A stretch of DNA of 37,329 bases from a virus. Both the position numbers and the translations under genes were made by a program. The first letter of the stretch is position 1; every line of letters starts with the position of its first letter. The stretch is from the IMG/VR virus record IMGVR_UViG_3300012138_000002, positions 1 to 37,329 of that record. One strand, written 5' to 3'. A model generated the notes under the pieces. That model ran no database searches. It was not told where the DNA came from and saw only the letters and a list, made by a program, of their open reading frames with translations. This document shows positions 14,792 through 23,428 of the stretch, in pieces.

Positions 14792-15661
14792 ATGGCTTTA
14801 AGAGATCAACCGTATATCCCTCTTTATATACAGGACTTTTTGACGGACGAAAAGCTAATAGAATGCACGGCGTCCGCTACCGGCGTTTATATTCGATTAA
14901 TGTGCCTTATGCACAAGTCAGATCAATACGGCAAAATTTTGCTTAAGCAAAAGGACAAGCAAAACACTGAGCAAAACACTGAGCAAAACACTGAGCAAAA
15001 CACTGAGCAAAACATCAGACAAGTAAAAAATTTTGCTCGTAAAATTGCTAAAAACATGCCGTATAAAATTGATGAAATTGAAAGTGCGTTAACCGAGCTG
15101 ATAGAGGAAAAAGTCCTGTATATCGAAGGAGACAGTTTATGTCAAAAAAGAATGATAAAAGATAATGATATTAGCGAAAAGCGTTCTAAATCAGGCAAAA
15201 AAGGAAGAGTTTCAAGCTTATCAAAAGATAGCGGAGTTAATTTTGCTCAAGCAAAACCTCAAGCAAAACCTCAAGCAAAACCTCAAGCAAAACCTCAAGC
15301 AAATACTGAATATGAAAATGAATATGAAAATGAATATGAAAATAAAAGGATAGAAAAAGGGGGTATGGGGGAAAAGGAAAGGAAAGATGTTTATCCCGAT
15401 GATTTTGAAAATTTCTTTGTCGCCTATCACAAAGTAACAGGCTTAAGCAAATCGGATAAGAAGCCGGCTTTCAACCACTGGAAGAAATTGACCAAGGCGG
15501 AAAAGCAAAAAGCAGCGGATAATATACAGCCGTTTTATGATTCCCTGAAAAACAAAGAGTATTGCAAGAAATGCAGGACGTACCTGTCTGACAAGAGTTT
15601 CAATGATGAATTCAAGATTAATCCGGCGGACGATCCGTCAAAACCAAGATTCATGTGCTAA
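14792..15661 (+). CDS. Replication initiator/organiser-like protein (DUF1376-like N-terminus) with three low-complexity arrays
   Basis: PYIPLYIQDFLTDEKLIECTASATGVYIRLMCLM resembles the DUF1376 N-terminus. The C-terminus FENFFVAYHKVTGLSKSDKKPAFNHWKKL is typical of phage replication organisers (recalled). The gene lies directly upstream of the primase-helicase. Confidence 0.55.
   Translation: MALRDQPYIPLYIQDFLTDEKLIECTASATGVYIRLMCLMHKSDQYGKILLKQKDKQNTEQNTEQNTEQNTEQNIRQVKNFARKIAKNMPYKIDEIESALTELIEEKVLYIEGDSLCQKRMIKDNDISEKRSKSGKKGRVSSLSKDSGVNFAQAKPQAKPQAKPQAKPQANTEYENEYENEYENKRIEKGGMGEKERKDVYPDDFENFFVAYHKVTGLSKSDKKPAFNHWKKLTKAEKQKAADNIQPFYDSLKNKEYCKKCRTYLSDKSFNDEFKINPADDPSKPRFMC
14959..15018 (+). 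repeat. Five tandem 12-nt units GCAAAACACTGA (last unit degenerate)
   Basis: Units start at 14959, 14971, 14983, 14995 and 15007. They encode (QNTE)n. Confidence 0.95.
15251..15346 (+). repeat. Four to five tandem GCAAAACCTCAA units followed by three TATGAAAATGAA units
   Basis: GCAAAACCTCAA units start at 15251, 15263, 15275 and 15287, with a degenerate one at 15299. TATGAAAATGAA units start at 15311, 15323 and 15335. They encode (AKPQ)n and (YENE)n. Confidence 0.95.
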
Positions 15662-17466
15662 TGAGTAACTGGAGCGATTTGGGTATACATATCCCCTACG
15701 GCCGTACATCCGGCAAAGTAAAGACTATTTGTCCCGAGTGCCAGAAAGGAGCGCGAAGGCATAAAAAAGACAGGTCATTGTCCGTTAACCTGGACGATGG
15801 CCTGTATAAGTGCCACTATTGCGGTTTTAGCGGCGTTGCGAACGAAAAGAAAGATTATTTCAATTATACCAGGATGGAGAAAAAGGTTTACAAAAAACCG
15901 CAATGGAGCAATAAAACGGATTTATCGGACGCTGTGGTTAAATGGTTCGAAGATGAAAGGGGAATATCGCAGGGTACGTTAAAGGCGATGAGGATAACGG
16001 AAGGCCTGGGGTATTCACGCACAGAGAACCGGACGGTAAAAGCGATGCAGTTCAATTACTTCAGGGATGGCGAGCTTGTCAACATCAAATCACGGACCCG
16101 GGATAAATCGTTTTCCTTTGTGGCCGATTGCGAGCTTATCCTTTACAACATCGATTCGCTGAAAGGGGAAACGGAAGTTATAATCACCGAGGGGGAGATA
16201 GACGCGCTGTCGTATGTCGAATGCGGATACAAAGCCGTCGTGTCGGTACCTAACGGAGCGAACGGCACGGAATACCTGGACGATTACATAGAGCTCTTTG
16301 ATGACAAGGAAACGATCTACATAGCAGTGGATACCGACAAAAAGGGAATTATCCTGCGGGATGAACTGATACGCCGTTTCGGCCCCGAGAAATGCAAGAT
16401 TGTTTCTTACGGCCCGGAGTGCAAGGATGCTAACGAACACCTGAAAAAATACAAGAAAGAATCCCTGAAGCTGACCATTGCCAACGCGGAGGACATCAGG
16501 ATAGAGGGTGTATTCTCTTTGTCGGACATCAAACAGCAGGTAGACCTGTTATTCCGGAAAGGGCTGGTCAAAGGATATACCACCGGCCATTATCAGTTAG
16601 ACAACCTGATATCCTTTGAGACAGGCAGGCTGTGTATTGTTACCGGAATACCCGGGCACGGAAAGAGTGAGTTTGTGGATGAAATAATTGTCCGCCTGAA
16701 TCTTCGTTACGGGTTGAAGTTCGGACTTTTTACCCCGGAGAATCACCCGCTGTCATACCATGTCGCCAAACTGGTATCCAAGTTCACAGGTAAGCGATTT
16801 GAAGAAAACAGTCTGACGCAGAGTGATTATGAGCAGGCATGTACCCATATCGATAACAATTTCTTCTATATCTGTCCTGAAGATAATTTTCTGGTGGATA
16901 CCATTCTCGCAAAAGCCGAATACCTTGTAAAGAAACGGGGGATAAAAGGACTGGTCATAGACCCGTACAATACGATAGAACACCAGATACCGCACGGGGT
17001 GAGTGAAACGAATTACATATCCGAGCTCTTGAGCAAGCTTGTAACCTTCGCCCGTAAAAGGGATGTGCTGGTATTCCTGGTAGCGCATCCCCGGAAGATG
17101 GAAGTAAAGCAGGGTGTAGTTGTTGCACCGAACCTTTACGATGTGAACGGTTCGGCAAACTTTTACAACAAAGCCGATTTCGGATTGACCGTATACCGGA
17201 ATGGGGCGGTTGTGAGGATAGATGTTCACAAAGTCAAGTTCAAACACCTGGGGCACTCCGGTTCTTCCGATTTCAGCTACGATACGGATACAGGGCGATA
17301 TACCCCCTACTGGGGTCAAGCCGATGTTGTGTTTGATAAATCAAACTATCTGGACTTTTACAAAGACACACAGGCAAGTATAGACTTCGCAGCATCCAAA
17401 ACACCGGAAGAGATGGAAGCCGAATTTATCGCCGATGTGACAGAACCGGGTGATTTGCCTTTTTAA
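15661..17466 (+). CDS. Bifunctional DNA primase-helicase (zinc finger plus TOPRIM plus RecA/DnaB-like helicase, T7 gp4-like layout)
   Basis: Zinc motif CPECQ...CHYCGF. TOPRIM motifs ITEGEIDALS and AVDTDKKG. Walker A GIPGHGKSEF, Walker B GLVIDPY, and VAHPRK. The track start 15655 is GTG. ATG 15661 overlaps the upstream TAA. Confidence 0.9.
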   Translation: MSNWSDLGIHIPYGRTSGKVKTICPECQKGARRHKKDRSLSVNLDDGLYKCHYCGFSGVANEKKDYFNYTRMEKKVYKKPQWSNKTDLSDAVVKWFEDERGISQGTLKAMRITEGLGYSRTENRTVKAMQFNYFRDGELVNIKSRTRDKSFSFVADCELILYNIDSLKGETEVIITEGEIDALSYVECGYKAVVSVPNGANGTEYLDDYIELFDDKETIYIAVDTDKKGIILRDELIRRFGPEKCKIVSYGPECKDANEHLKKYKKESLKLTIANAEDIRIEGVFSLSDIKQQVDLLFRKGLVKGYTTGHYQLDNLISFETGRLCIVTGIPGHGKSEFVDEIIVRLNLRYGLKFGLFTPENHPLSYHVAKLVSKFTGKRFEENSLTQSDYEQACTHIDNNFFYICPEDNFLVDTILAKAEYLVKKRGIKGLVIDPYNTIEHQIPHGVSETNYISELLSKLVTFARKRDVLVFLVAHPRKMEVKQGVVVAPNLYDVNGSANFYNKADFGLTVYRNGAVVRIDVHKVKFKHLGHSGSSDFSYDTDTGRYTPYWGQADVVFDKSNYLDFYKDTQASIDFAASKTPEEMEAEFIADVTEPGDLPF

Positions 17467-17547
17467 GAATCCTGACCGGATGAATAAATAGTCGAATTAC
17501 CTATCTGGGATGTCCGTCATGCGATTTTCGCTACGAAATGATATACT

Positions 17548-17570
17548 TACCAAAAAGAAAAAATAATTGA
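17548..17570 (+). repeat. 23-nt direct repeat TACCAAAAAGAAAAAATAATTGA, copy 1
   Basis: Identical to 18017-18039. It ends 41 nt upstream of ATG 17612. Confidence 0.9.
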
Positions 17571-17611
17571 GACGTAAACGCTAAAAACAAGTAATTTTTA
17601 AAAATAAGAAA

Positions 17612-17947
17612 ATGGAAACAATAACAGAAGTACGGGAACTTGAAAAGAAGTTCACTAAGAACGGAGAAACATTTACACAGGTAGCATACAATCCCGATAC
17701 GCAGATTTATATCTACAAGCGGGAACATCCTGCCGGCATGGTGGCGTATGAGGTGTTTAAACGAAGAGTAGAAAAACATTTCAAAATGCAGGGTAGTTAT
17801 GTAGCGTATCCCAGTGATAACGCTTTTGGGAATTGGGCTTTGTACATCGTGAAGTATGAAGAGGCTGTTAAGCATATGAACAAGGGTATAAAATACGATG
17901 TGAAATATTTTCAGGAGCAATCACGTAAAAGACGGCTGAATGAATAG
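17612..17947 (+). CDS. Hypothetical protein (111 aa)
   Basis: ATG ORF with ordinary composition. The overlapping minus-strand ORF 17531-17920 is hydrophobic and low-complexity. Confidence 0.6.
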   Translation: METITEVRELEKKFTKNGETFTQVAYNPDTQIYIYKREHPAGMVAYEVFKRRVEKHFKMQGSYVAYPSDNAFGNWALYIVKYEEAVKHMNKGIKYDVKYFQEQSRKRRLNE

Positions 17948-18016
17948 ACGTAAAGTGTCGTTTGGGGCTATTTTTGATGCTTGGTAAAAAATATAACCCC
18001 CCAAACAATACACGAG

Positions 18017-18039
18017 TACCAAAAAGAAAAAATAATTGA
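18017..18039 (+). repeat. 23-nt direct repeat, copy 2
   Basis: Identical to 17548-17570. It ends 15 nt upstream of ATG 18055. Confidence 0.9.
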
Positions 18040-18054
18040 AATACGGGCTTTAAA

Positions 18055-18258
18055 ATGCGTAAAATAAAAACCATCAAAAATGAAATGGAACTCATAACTG
18101 ATTTTGAAAAGGCATTGGATTATCTCGAAGTGATGAATAGAGACATAGGCAATATCACTTTGAATTATTTCATACTGAAAATGAGAAAGAAATATAAACT
18201 AAAATCGGAATTAAAAATGACCGAAAACAAAGCGTTAGGAAAGGAGGAAGAAAGATGA
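18055..18258 (+). CDS. Hypothetical protein (67 aa)
   Basis: ATG ORF preceded by the 23-nt repeat. Confidence 0.45.
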   Translation: MRKIKTIKNEMELITDFEKALDYLEVMNRDIGNITLNYFILKMRKKYKLKSELKMTENKALGKEEER

Positions 18259-18488
18259 AAGCAAAATTTTCTTGACTTTTGCAATGTTTTGATTATCAAT
18301 CGTTAAACCGAAATGTCTCCAAAAAAAGACATTATGAATGTGGAAAAATCCCACATTATAAAATCCGCACCAGCAAAGACAATGAAGCTCATTTTCGCAT
18401 CTATGCGCGCGCGTGAAAGAATTTTTCAGATTTGTTCATAATAATTAGATTGGCTTTGTCGGGAGATAAGGCCTTTTTTATATTCGTT

Positions 18489-18728
18489 TATAAAATTATT
18501 TCGTGACTTAATTCGTGACCTTTATAAAATTATCCGAATGAATGTTATTGATTATAAGATATTTATAAATATCATATATAGTCCTACATAGACTAAAACC
18601 TTTTTATTTTATTTTCTAAACTTTTTGTTAAAACACGCTTCAAATAAGGCGTTAACAGTATGTTTTAAGAAAATGAGAAAAAAAGATTATAAAGAATTAT
18701 AAAATAATTTCGTGACCTATTTCGTGAC
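18489..18728. other. Candidate attP region: two pairs of TTCGTGAC arm-type repeats flanking an AT-rich core
   Basis: TTCGTGAC lies at 18500-18507 and 18512-18519, and again at 18709-18716 and 18721-18728. All four are in the same orientation with 12-nt spacing inside each pair. Each pair is preceded by TTATAAAAT(T/A)ATT. The region is directly upstream of int. Confidence 0.5.
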
Positions 18729-18743
18729 CTCTGGATTTATTTG

Positions 18744-18751
18744 TACTTTTG
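18744..18751 (+). promoter_or_regulatory. -7 box TACTTTTG of the integrase promoter
   Basis: Matches TAnnTTTG 22 nt upstream of ATG 18773. The expected -33 position is occupied by the TTCGTGAC repeat. Confidence 0.45.
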
Positions 18752-18772
18752 AAAAAAATAATTCCAAATCTT

Positions 18773-20038
18773 ATGATAAGCGTCAAATTCTATTTGAAAA
18801 ATCCAAAGGCTGACACTTCATCAATTTTCTTTCGCTTCCATTACGGAGCTTTTAAGATGGTAGGCGGAAAGAAAAAGTATTTGCCTATGCAGTACCATAC
18901 CGATGAGGCTATAAACCCGGCATTCTGGAATAAAAAGAAAGGAGAAGCTAAGCAGGTTAGCAAATTTCCCCAGCATCCGGAGTTCAATGCCCGGTTAAGT
19001 AACATCCGGGATAAAGTACTGACAATTTACCGGAGGCTATTAAATGATGATGCGGAGATATCGAATGATATACTAAGCAATGAATTTGATTTGATATTCC
19101 GAAAACACCGGAACCGGACGGTAAGCAGGCATGAGCTGATGCAGTTCATACCCTACTTTATAGAGACCAGCAATAAGACACAAAGCACAAAGAAAAGCTA
19201 CAGGCAACTACTTAACGACCTGCAGGAGTATGAGCAAAGTAAGAACATAGTTCTGACATTCGGCCGCATAGATATCGATTTTCATGATAATTTCGTCCAG
19301 TTCCTGCAATCTAAGAAGTATGCGCCCAATACGATAGGCACACGAATAAAGGTACTCAAAACGTTTATGAACGTAGCATATGAACGAAACTTACATACGA
19401 ATTTAGATTTCAAGAAAAGAGCTTTTGACAAGCCGAAAGAAGAGACAACGGCCGTTTACCTCAACGAGAAAGAATTAGATGCGATCCATCGGCTGGATTA
19501 TTCGAATAATAAGGCATATGATCGTGTCCGGGACTGGTTTCTGATTGCTGCATATACCGGGCTTCGTTTCTCCGATTTACAGCGTCTTACACGGGACGAT
19601 ATTCAGGACGGGGCGATAACATCTAAAACAGTCAAAACCGGCACTATGGTTTCTATTCCGCTTCATACGATAGTCAAAAGCATACTGGAGAAATACGATT
19701 ATACTTTACCGAAACTGATAAATAACCATAAATTTAACGAGTATATCAAAGAGGTTGCGAAAGATGCGGGCATAGACGAACCTGTAATCATAGAGGAAAC
19801 TAAAGGGCATTTAAAAAGCAAAACCACAGAAAAGAAGTATAATCTAATCTCGGCACACACCGCCCGGCGTTCATTTGCAACAAATGCATATATCGCAGGT
19901 GTGCCTGCCATTCAGATAATGAAAATGACAGGACATAAGACCGAAAAGGCATTTCTAGGCTATATCAAGATATCTGCCAGCGAGAACGCCAAGAAATTAC
20001 AACTACATCCGTTCTTTAATAAAATGATCGTGAAATAA
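18773..20038 (+). CDS. int: Tyrosine recombinase / phage integrase (Bacteroidota type)
   Basis: The catalytic signature is GLRFSDL (R), HTARRSFAT (H-x-x-R) and MTGHKTEKAFLGYIKI (H...Y). The N-terminus MISVKFYLK is typical of the arm-binding domain. The track start 18749 is a TTG lying inside the promoter box. Confidence 0.9.
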   Translation: MISVKFYLKNPKADTSSIFFRFHYGAFKMVGGKKKYLPMQYHTDEAINPAFWNKKKGEAKQVSKFPQHPEFNARLSNIRDKVLTIYRRLLNDDAEISNDILSNEFDLIFRKHRNRTVSRHELMQFIPYFIETSNKTQSTKKSYRQLLNDLQEYEQSKNIVLTFGRIDIDFHDNFVQFLQSKKYAPNTIGTRIKVLKTFMNVAYERNLHTNLDFKKRAFDKPKEETTAVYLNEKELDAIHRLDYSNNKAYDRVRDWFLIAAYTGLRFSDLQRLTRDDIQDGAITSKTVKTGTMVSIPLHTIVKSILEKYDYTLPKLINNHKFNEYIKEVAKDAGIDEPVIIEETKGHLKSKTTEKKYNLISAHTARRSFATNAYIAGVPAIQIMKMTGHKTEKAFLGYIKISASENAKKLQLHPFFNKMIVK

Positions 20039-20067
20039 TAACAAGCGAGATATATTGTGAATTACCG

Positions 20068-20095
20068 GGACGGCTAAGGCTGTCCTTTTTTATTT
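20068..20095 (+). terminator. Intrinsic terminator after int
   Basis: GGACGGC (20068-20074) pairs with GCTGTCC (20079-20085) with one G-T pair, followed by TTTTTTATTT. Confidence 0.7.
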
Positions 20096-20127
20096 ATTCA
20101 ATCGCCATTTTTATTTATTTAAAATGT

Positions 20128-20135
20128 TATATTTG
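20128..20135 (+). promoter_or_regulatory. -7 box TATATTTG in front of the packaging operon
   Basis: Matches TAnnTTTG 30 nt upstream of ATG 20166. This makes the track start 20124 unlikely. Confidence 0.45.
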
Positions 20136-20165
20136 CAGTACATATGTATAAATATTTTAATAACA

Positions 20166-20669
20166 ATGGCGGCTCCTAAAAAAAATACATATTGGAAACT
20201 TGCGAAAGGTTTCGCAGTGGGTAAAGACAAAAAGTATACTCCCGCTGAATTATGGAAACTTGCTCTTAGTTATTTCAATTGGGTGGATAGCACACCTTTG
20301 AAGGAAGAAAAAGTATTCGGTACCGGGATAAGGATGGAAGTAAATAAAATGCGCGCGATGACCATCAGAGGCTTTTGCCTGCATGCCGGAATATCCTCTC
20401 AAACATTTGATAATTATAATAATCAGGATGAATACCGGGATGTTACAACTCGTATAAAGGATATTATCTATGTTTATAAATTCGAAGGAGCGGCGGCCGG
20501 CTTGCTGGATGTGAATATTATAGCTAGGGAATTGGGATTATCCGATAAAGTAGAATCTCAAATAACCGGTAAAGACGGCAAAGATTTACGGCTTAATCTC
20601 ATGATAAAACCTACGTCTCTGCCTTGTAAGACTACTTTAATCAATAGTGAGAATGAAATCGAATTATGA
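20166..20669 (+). CDS. terS: Terminase small subunit
   Basis: MAAPKKNTYW...YTPAELWKLALSYFNW...MTIRGFCLHAGISSQTFDNY is an HTH-like N-terminal pattern typical of small terminases. The gene is immediately upstream of and overlapping terL. Confidence 0.7.
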   Translation: MAAPKKNTYWKLAKGFAVGKDKKYTPAELWKLALSYFNWVDSTPLKEEKVFGTGIRMEVNKMRAMTIRGFCLHAGISSQTFDNYNNQDEYRDVTTRIKDIIYVYKFEGAAAGLLDVNIIARELGLSDKVESQITGKDGKDLRLNLMIKPTSLPCKTTLINSENEIEL

Positions 20670-21849
20670 CATATCAGAAAAGGATCCTTTGTTTTTTGCC
20701 AATCATGAAGCAAAAGAAAGGGTAATTGTAAATCAGGGAGGCACTTCAAGTGGCAAAACCTATACCATCCTTGATTTGCTTTTTATAATAGCCACATCAG
20801 AACCGGATCAGGTTATTACTGTTGTTGGCCAAGACATACCGAACCTTAAAAAAGGAGCTTACAGGGATGCAAAAATGATATATGAAAAATCTGAAATTTA
20901 TCAACAATGGTTCTATAAGCCAAATGAAACGGACAGGCGCTTTACCTGCATCAATAGGTCTATTATTGAATTTACAAGCTATTCGGATGAGCAGGACGCG
21001 AAAAGCGGTAAACGCGATTATCTTTTTGTAAACGAGGCTAACGGTATCCCATATAACATATATCAGAGACTGGAGGAAAGGACATATAAAAAAATATACC
21101 TCGATTATAATCCGTCTGCCCGTTTCTGGGTGCATGAGGAATTGATAGGTAAGCCTGATGTTAAGCTTATCATATCGGATCATAGAAACAACCCTCATTT
21201 ATCTGAAGATACACATCAACGCATAGAGTCATATACGGGTGAACGTTTTAAAGTCTATTCCCGCGGATTAACGGGTAAAATGGACGGTCTTATTTACTCT
21301 AATTGGGTGTTATGTGAATCAATGCCGGAAATATATAAGATGCGTTATATCGGCCTGGACTTCGGATTTACGAATGATCCTACGGCGATTATTGATGTGC
21401 GAGTGTCAAATGGCGAGTTGTGGTTAGATGAGTTATGCTATCGAACAGGGCTTACCAATCCCGATATATCAGACGTATTAAAAGAAAACGGAATATACGG
21501 TAATGTTAATATAGTGGCTGATAGCGCGGAGCCTAAGAGTATAGCAGAACTTCAAAATCTGGGGCATCGCGTAGAGGGGGCTAACAAGGGGCCTGATAGC
21601 ATAAAAAACGGGATCGATATCTTGCAACGTTACAAATTGAATGTTACACGCCGGAGCCTGGGCATCCGAAAGGAATTAGGAGCTTATGAATGGAAAAAGA
21701 ATAAAAACGGAATTTTCGTAAATGAGCCTATCGGTGAATTCAATCATGCGTTAGATGCTATCCGATATGTCGCATTGAATAAATTGAGGAAACAACGTAA
21801 AGGTAAATATCCTAAAGTATCAACATCTGAATATTATACAACGATATGA
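20653..21849 (+). CDS. terL: Terminase large subunit (PBSX/Terminase_3-like)
   Basis: Walker A GGTSSGKTY and Walker B-like LFVNEA. Nuclease motifs GLDFGFTNDPTA, VADSAEPKSI and HALDAIRY. The track start 20647 is GTG and the first ATG is 20653. Confidence 0.9.
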   Translation: MKSNYDISEKDPLFFANHEAKERVIVNQGGTSSGKTYTILDLLFIIATSEPDQVITVVGQDIPNLKKGAYRDAKMIYEKSEIYQQWFYKPNETDRRFTCINRSIIEFTSYSDEQDAKSGKRDYLFVNEANGIPYNIYQRLEERTYKKIYLDYNPSARFWVHEELIGKPDVKLIISDHRNNPHLSEDTHQRIESYTGERFKVYSRGLTGKMDGLIYSNWVLCESMPEIYKMRYIGLDFGFTNDPTAIIDVRVSNGELWLDELCYRTGLTNPDISDVLKENGIYGNVNIVADSAEPKSIAELQNLGHRVEGANKGPDSIKNGIDILQRYKLNVTRRSLGIRKELGAYEWKKNKNGIFVNEPIGEFNHALDAIRYVALNKLRKQRKGKYPKVSTSEYYTTI

Positions 21850-22448
21850 AATTATATACATCGACAAAATATAAAGATTTCCTGCTATGCATAAATGCTT
21901 TCGGAATTAGCGAACAGCAGCTAAAAGAATTATTTGATAAAGCTGCAAAAAATGCAATACCCGAGAGGTTTAAGGTAAACTATAATAACCTTATATTCGG
22001 CAAATTATGCCAATTGCAGGCAATAGAAAACAATGCAGATTTTTTTACGGTTGCCCCTTTTGTCATTTTGGAACCGGTTACCGGGTGGCGTTCAAAAAAA
22101 TATATAAAAAAAATAATAGGATACTGGTACCGGTACAAGTTCCTCAATGGGCGTATGCTTCATGCATTGAGTTTTATCGTGAATATGCAAAAAGAATTAG
22201 AGCGTATTACCAATGCGTTTAAAAGTATTGAATATAAGCCTACCAGGGAAGAAATAAAAGCCGGAGTAAAAGAAGCCAATAACAGCATGCATAATATTGC
22301 GGATTGGTATGCGTTGCGCATGGGTATCACTGATGTCGGCAGTGTGTATTTTATCCCCTGGTCCATCATATGGAAAGCTATGCAAATCGATAATAATAAC
22401 AATGAGATAAAACGAAGGTTATATGAAATTCAATCAAAAAAGAAATGA
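21846..22448 (+). CDS. Hypothetical morphogenesis-region protein (200 aa)
   Basis: ATGA-coupled to terL. No motif recognised. Confidence 0.6.
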   Translation: MKLYTSTKYKDFLLCINAFGISEQQLKELFDKAAKNAIPERFKVNYNNLIFGKLCQLQAIENNADFFTVAPFVILEPVTGWRSKKYIKKIIGYWYRYKFLNGRMLHALSFIVNMQKELERITNAFKSIEYKPTREEIKAGVKEANNSMHNIADWYALRMGITDVGSVYFIPWSIIWKAMQIDNNNNEIKRRLYEIQSKKK

Positions 22449-22921
22449 GCGTAATTGAAAAAATCAAAATAATTGTTGATAAGGTAGGCGGGTTAGAATT
22501 CATGTATGATGACTGGAATAGAGTAGATAAACGCGTCAGCAACATGGCCCGGAGCATCGAGACGCCGGAAGAACTAAAGGAGCCGGCTCGCGAAGGTAAA
22601 CTCCCGGGCTGCTTTGTCATCATTCCCTCACAAGGTGCAATAGATACTTCATTCTCGATATATAAGGACACTCCGTTGTTATTTATCAATTTCTGTATTG
22701 ATACGGAATTTGATTTTGATGGGCTTAGGAATGAATCGCTGATTAACCGAATGAAAGATAAAGCAATGGATTTTATATATCATTACAATACAAGCGGATT
22801 ATTTGAGCCGTTGCCTCAAATAGTAGAATACATGCCATTATACAACATTCTGGCTGATAATCTGACGGGTATACAGATAAAAATAAGGGCAAAGGAAATA
22901 GAGGGTAAATGCTATATTTAA
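22445..22921 (+). CDS. Hypothetical structural-region protein (158 aa)
   Basis: ATGA-coupled ORF. No motif recognised. Confidence 0.6.
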   Translation: MSVIEKIKIIVDKVGGLEFMYDDWNRVDKRVSNMARSIETPEELKEPAREGKLPGCFVIIPSQGAIDTSFSIYKDTPLLFINFCIDTEFDFDGLRNESLINRMKDKAMDFIYHYNTSGLFEPLPQIVEYMPLYNILADNLTGIQIKIRAKEIEGKCYI

Positions 22922-23428
22922 ATGGGAAGCTATAATGACTATATACAGGAAAAGATATATTCTACACTTACAAAGGTAAAAGACGAAATAACCGAGAATA
23001 TATATACTCATGGGCTCCATGCGTCAGGAAAGACCGCGAGCTCCATGTCTATAGAAATGTATGAGAACGGAGGCAGACTTACCGGACGGTTCGCATTTGG
23101 CACATTAGAGACAGGACGCAAACCCGGGCGCATTCCGCGCAATATGACTGAAATCATAAAAGAATGGGCGATAGCCAAAGGTATCAATGTATCGCAAATG
23201 CCATATAAAAGAACACCTTCCGATAAATGGCAGCCTAAATATTCCGTACCTGAAAGGAGCCTGAATGCGTTTGCCGGAGCCGTAGCATACAATATAAAAA
23301 ATAAAGGTACTAAACTATATCAATCGGGAGGGGCTGAAATTATCTATACGCCAGTTATTAACGATGCAATAAAATCGTTATCCAAGGATATATTATTAAT
23401 TGTAACCAATGCAATAAAAAACAAATGA
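22922..23428 (+). CDS. Possible HK97 gp10-like head-tail/tail-completion protein (168 aa)
   Basis: ASGKTASSMSIEMYENGGRLTGRFAFGTLETGRKPG loosely resembles the gp10 family pattern (weak recollection). Confidence 0.4.
   Translation: MGSYNDYIQEKIYSTLTKVKDEITENIYTHGLHASGKTASSMSIEMYENGGRLTGRFAFGTLETGRKPGRIPRNMTEIIKEWAIAKGINVSQMPYKRTPSDKWQPKYSVPERSLNAFAGAVAYNIKNKGTKLYQSGGAEIIYTPVINDAIKSLSKDILLIVTNAIKNK

Noticed and set aside
15165-15430. Track ORFs 15165-15353 (+) and 15221-15430 (-) across the 12-nt arrays
   Set aside because: These are low-complexity shadow frames of the repeats inside the 14792-15661 gene.
16753-17319. 188-aa minus-strand ORF
   Set aside because: It lies antisense inside the primase-helicase gene, whose Walker and TOPRIM motifs fix the coding strand.
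17531-17920. 129-aa minus-strand ORF overlapping 17612-17947
   Set aside because: Its sequence is hydrophobic and Phe/Leu/Ile-rich, typical of the antisense frame of AT-rich coding DNA. The plus-strand ORF has balanced composition and the conserved 23-nt upstream element.
18259-18748. Search for a tRNA or a tRNA 3-prime fragment as the integration target; also the 35-codon ORF at 18334-18441
   Set aside because: No T-arm (GTTCRAnnC) or acceptor-like sequence is visible here or elsewhere in the window. The small ORF spans the hairpins and the GC tract and has no coding features.
18749-18772. TTG start giving a 429-aa integrase; likewise ATG 20124 for terS and the GTG/TTG starts 15655, 20647, 12427 and 12677
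   Set aside because: The upstream starts at 18749 and 20124 fall inside or ahead of TAnnTTTG promoter boxes, and the other four non-ATG track starts overlap the upstream gene. In each case an in-frame ATG a few codons downstream gives a more conventional N-terminus.
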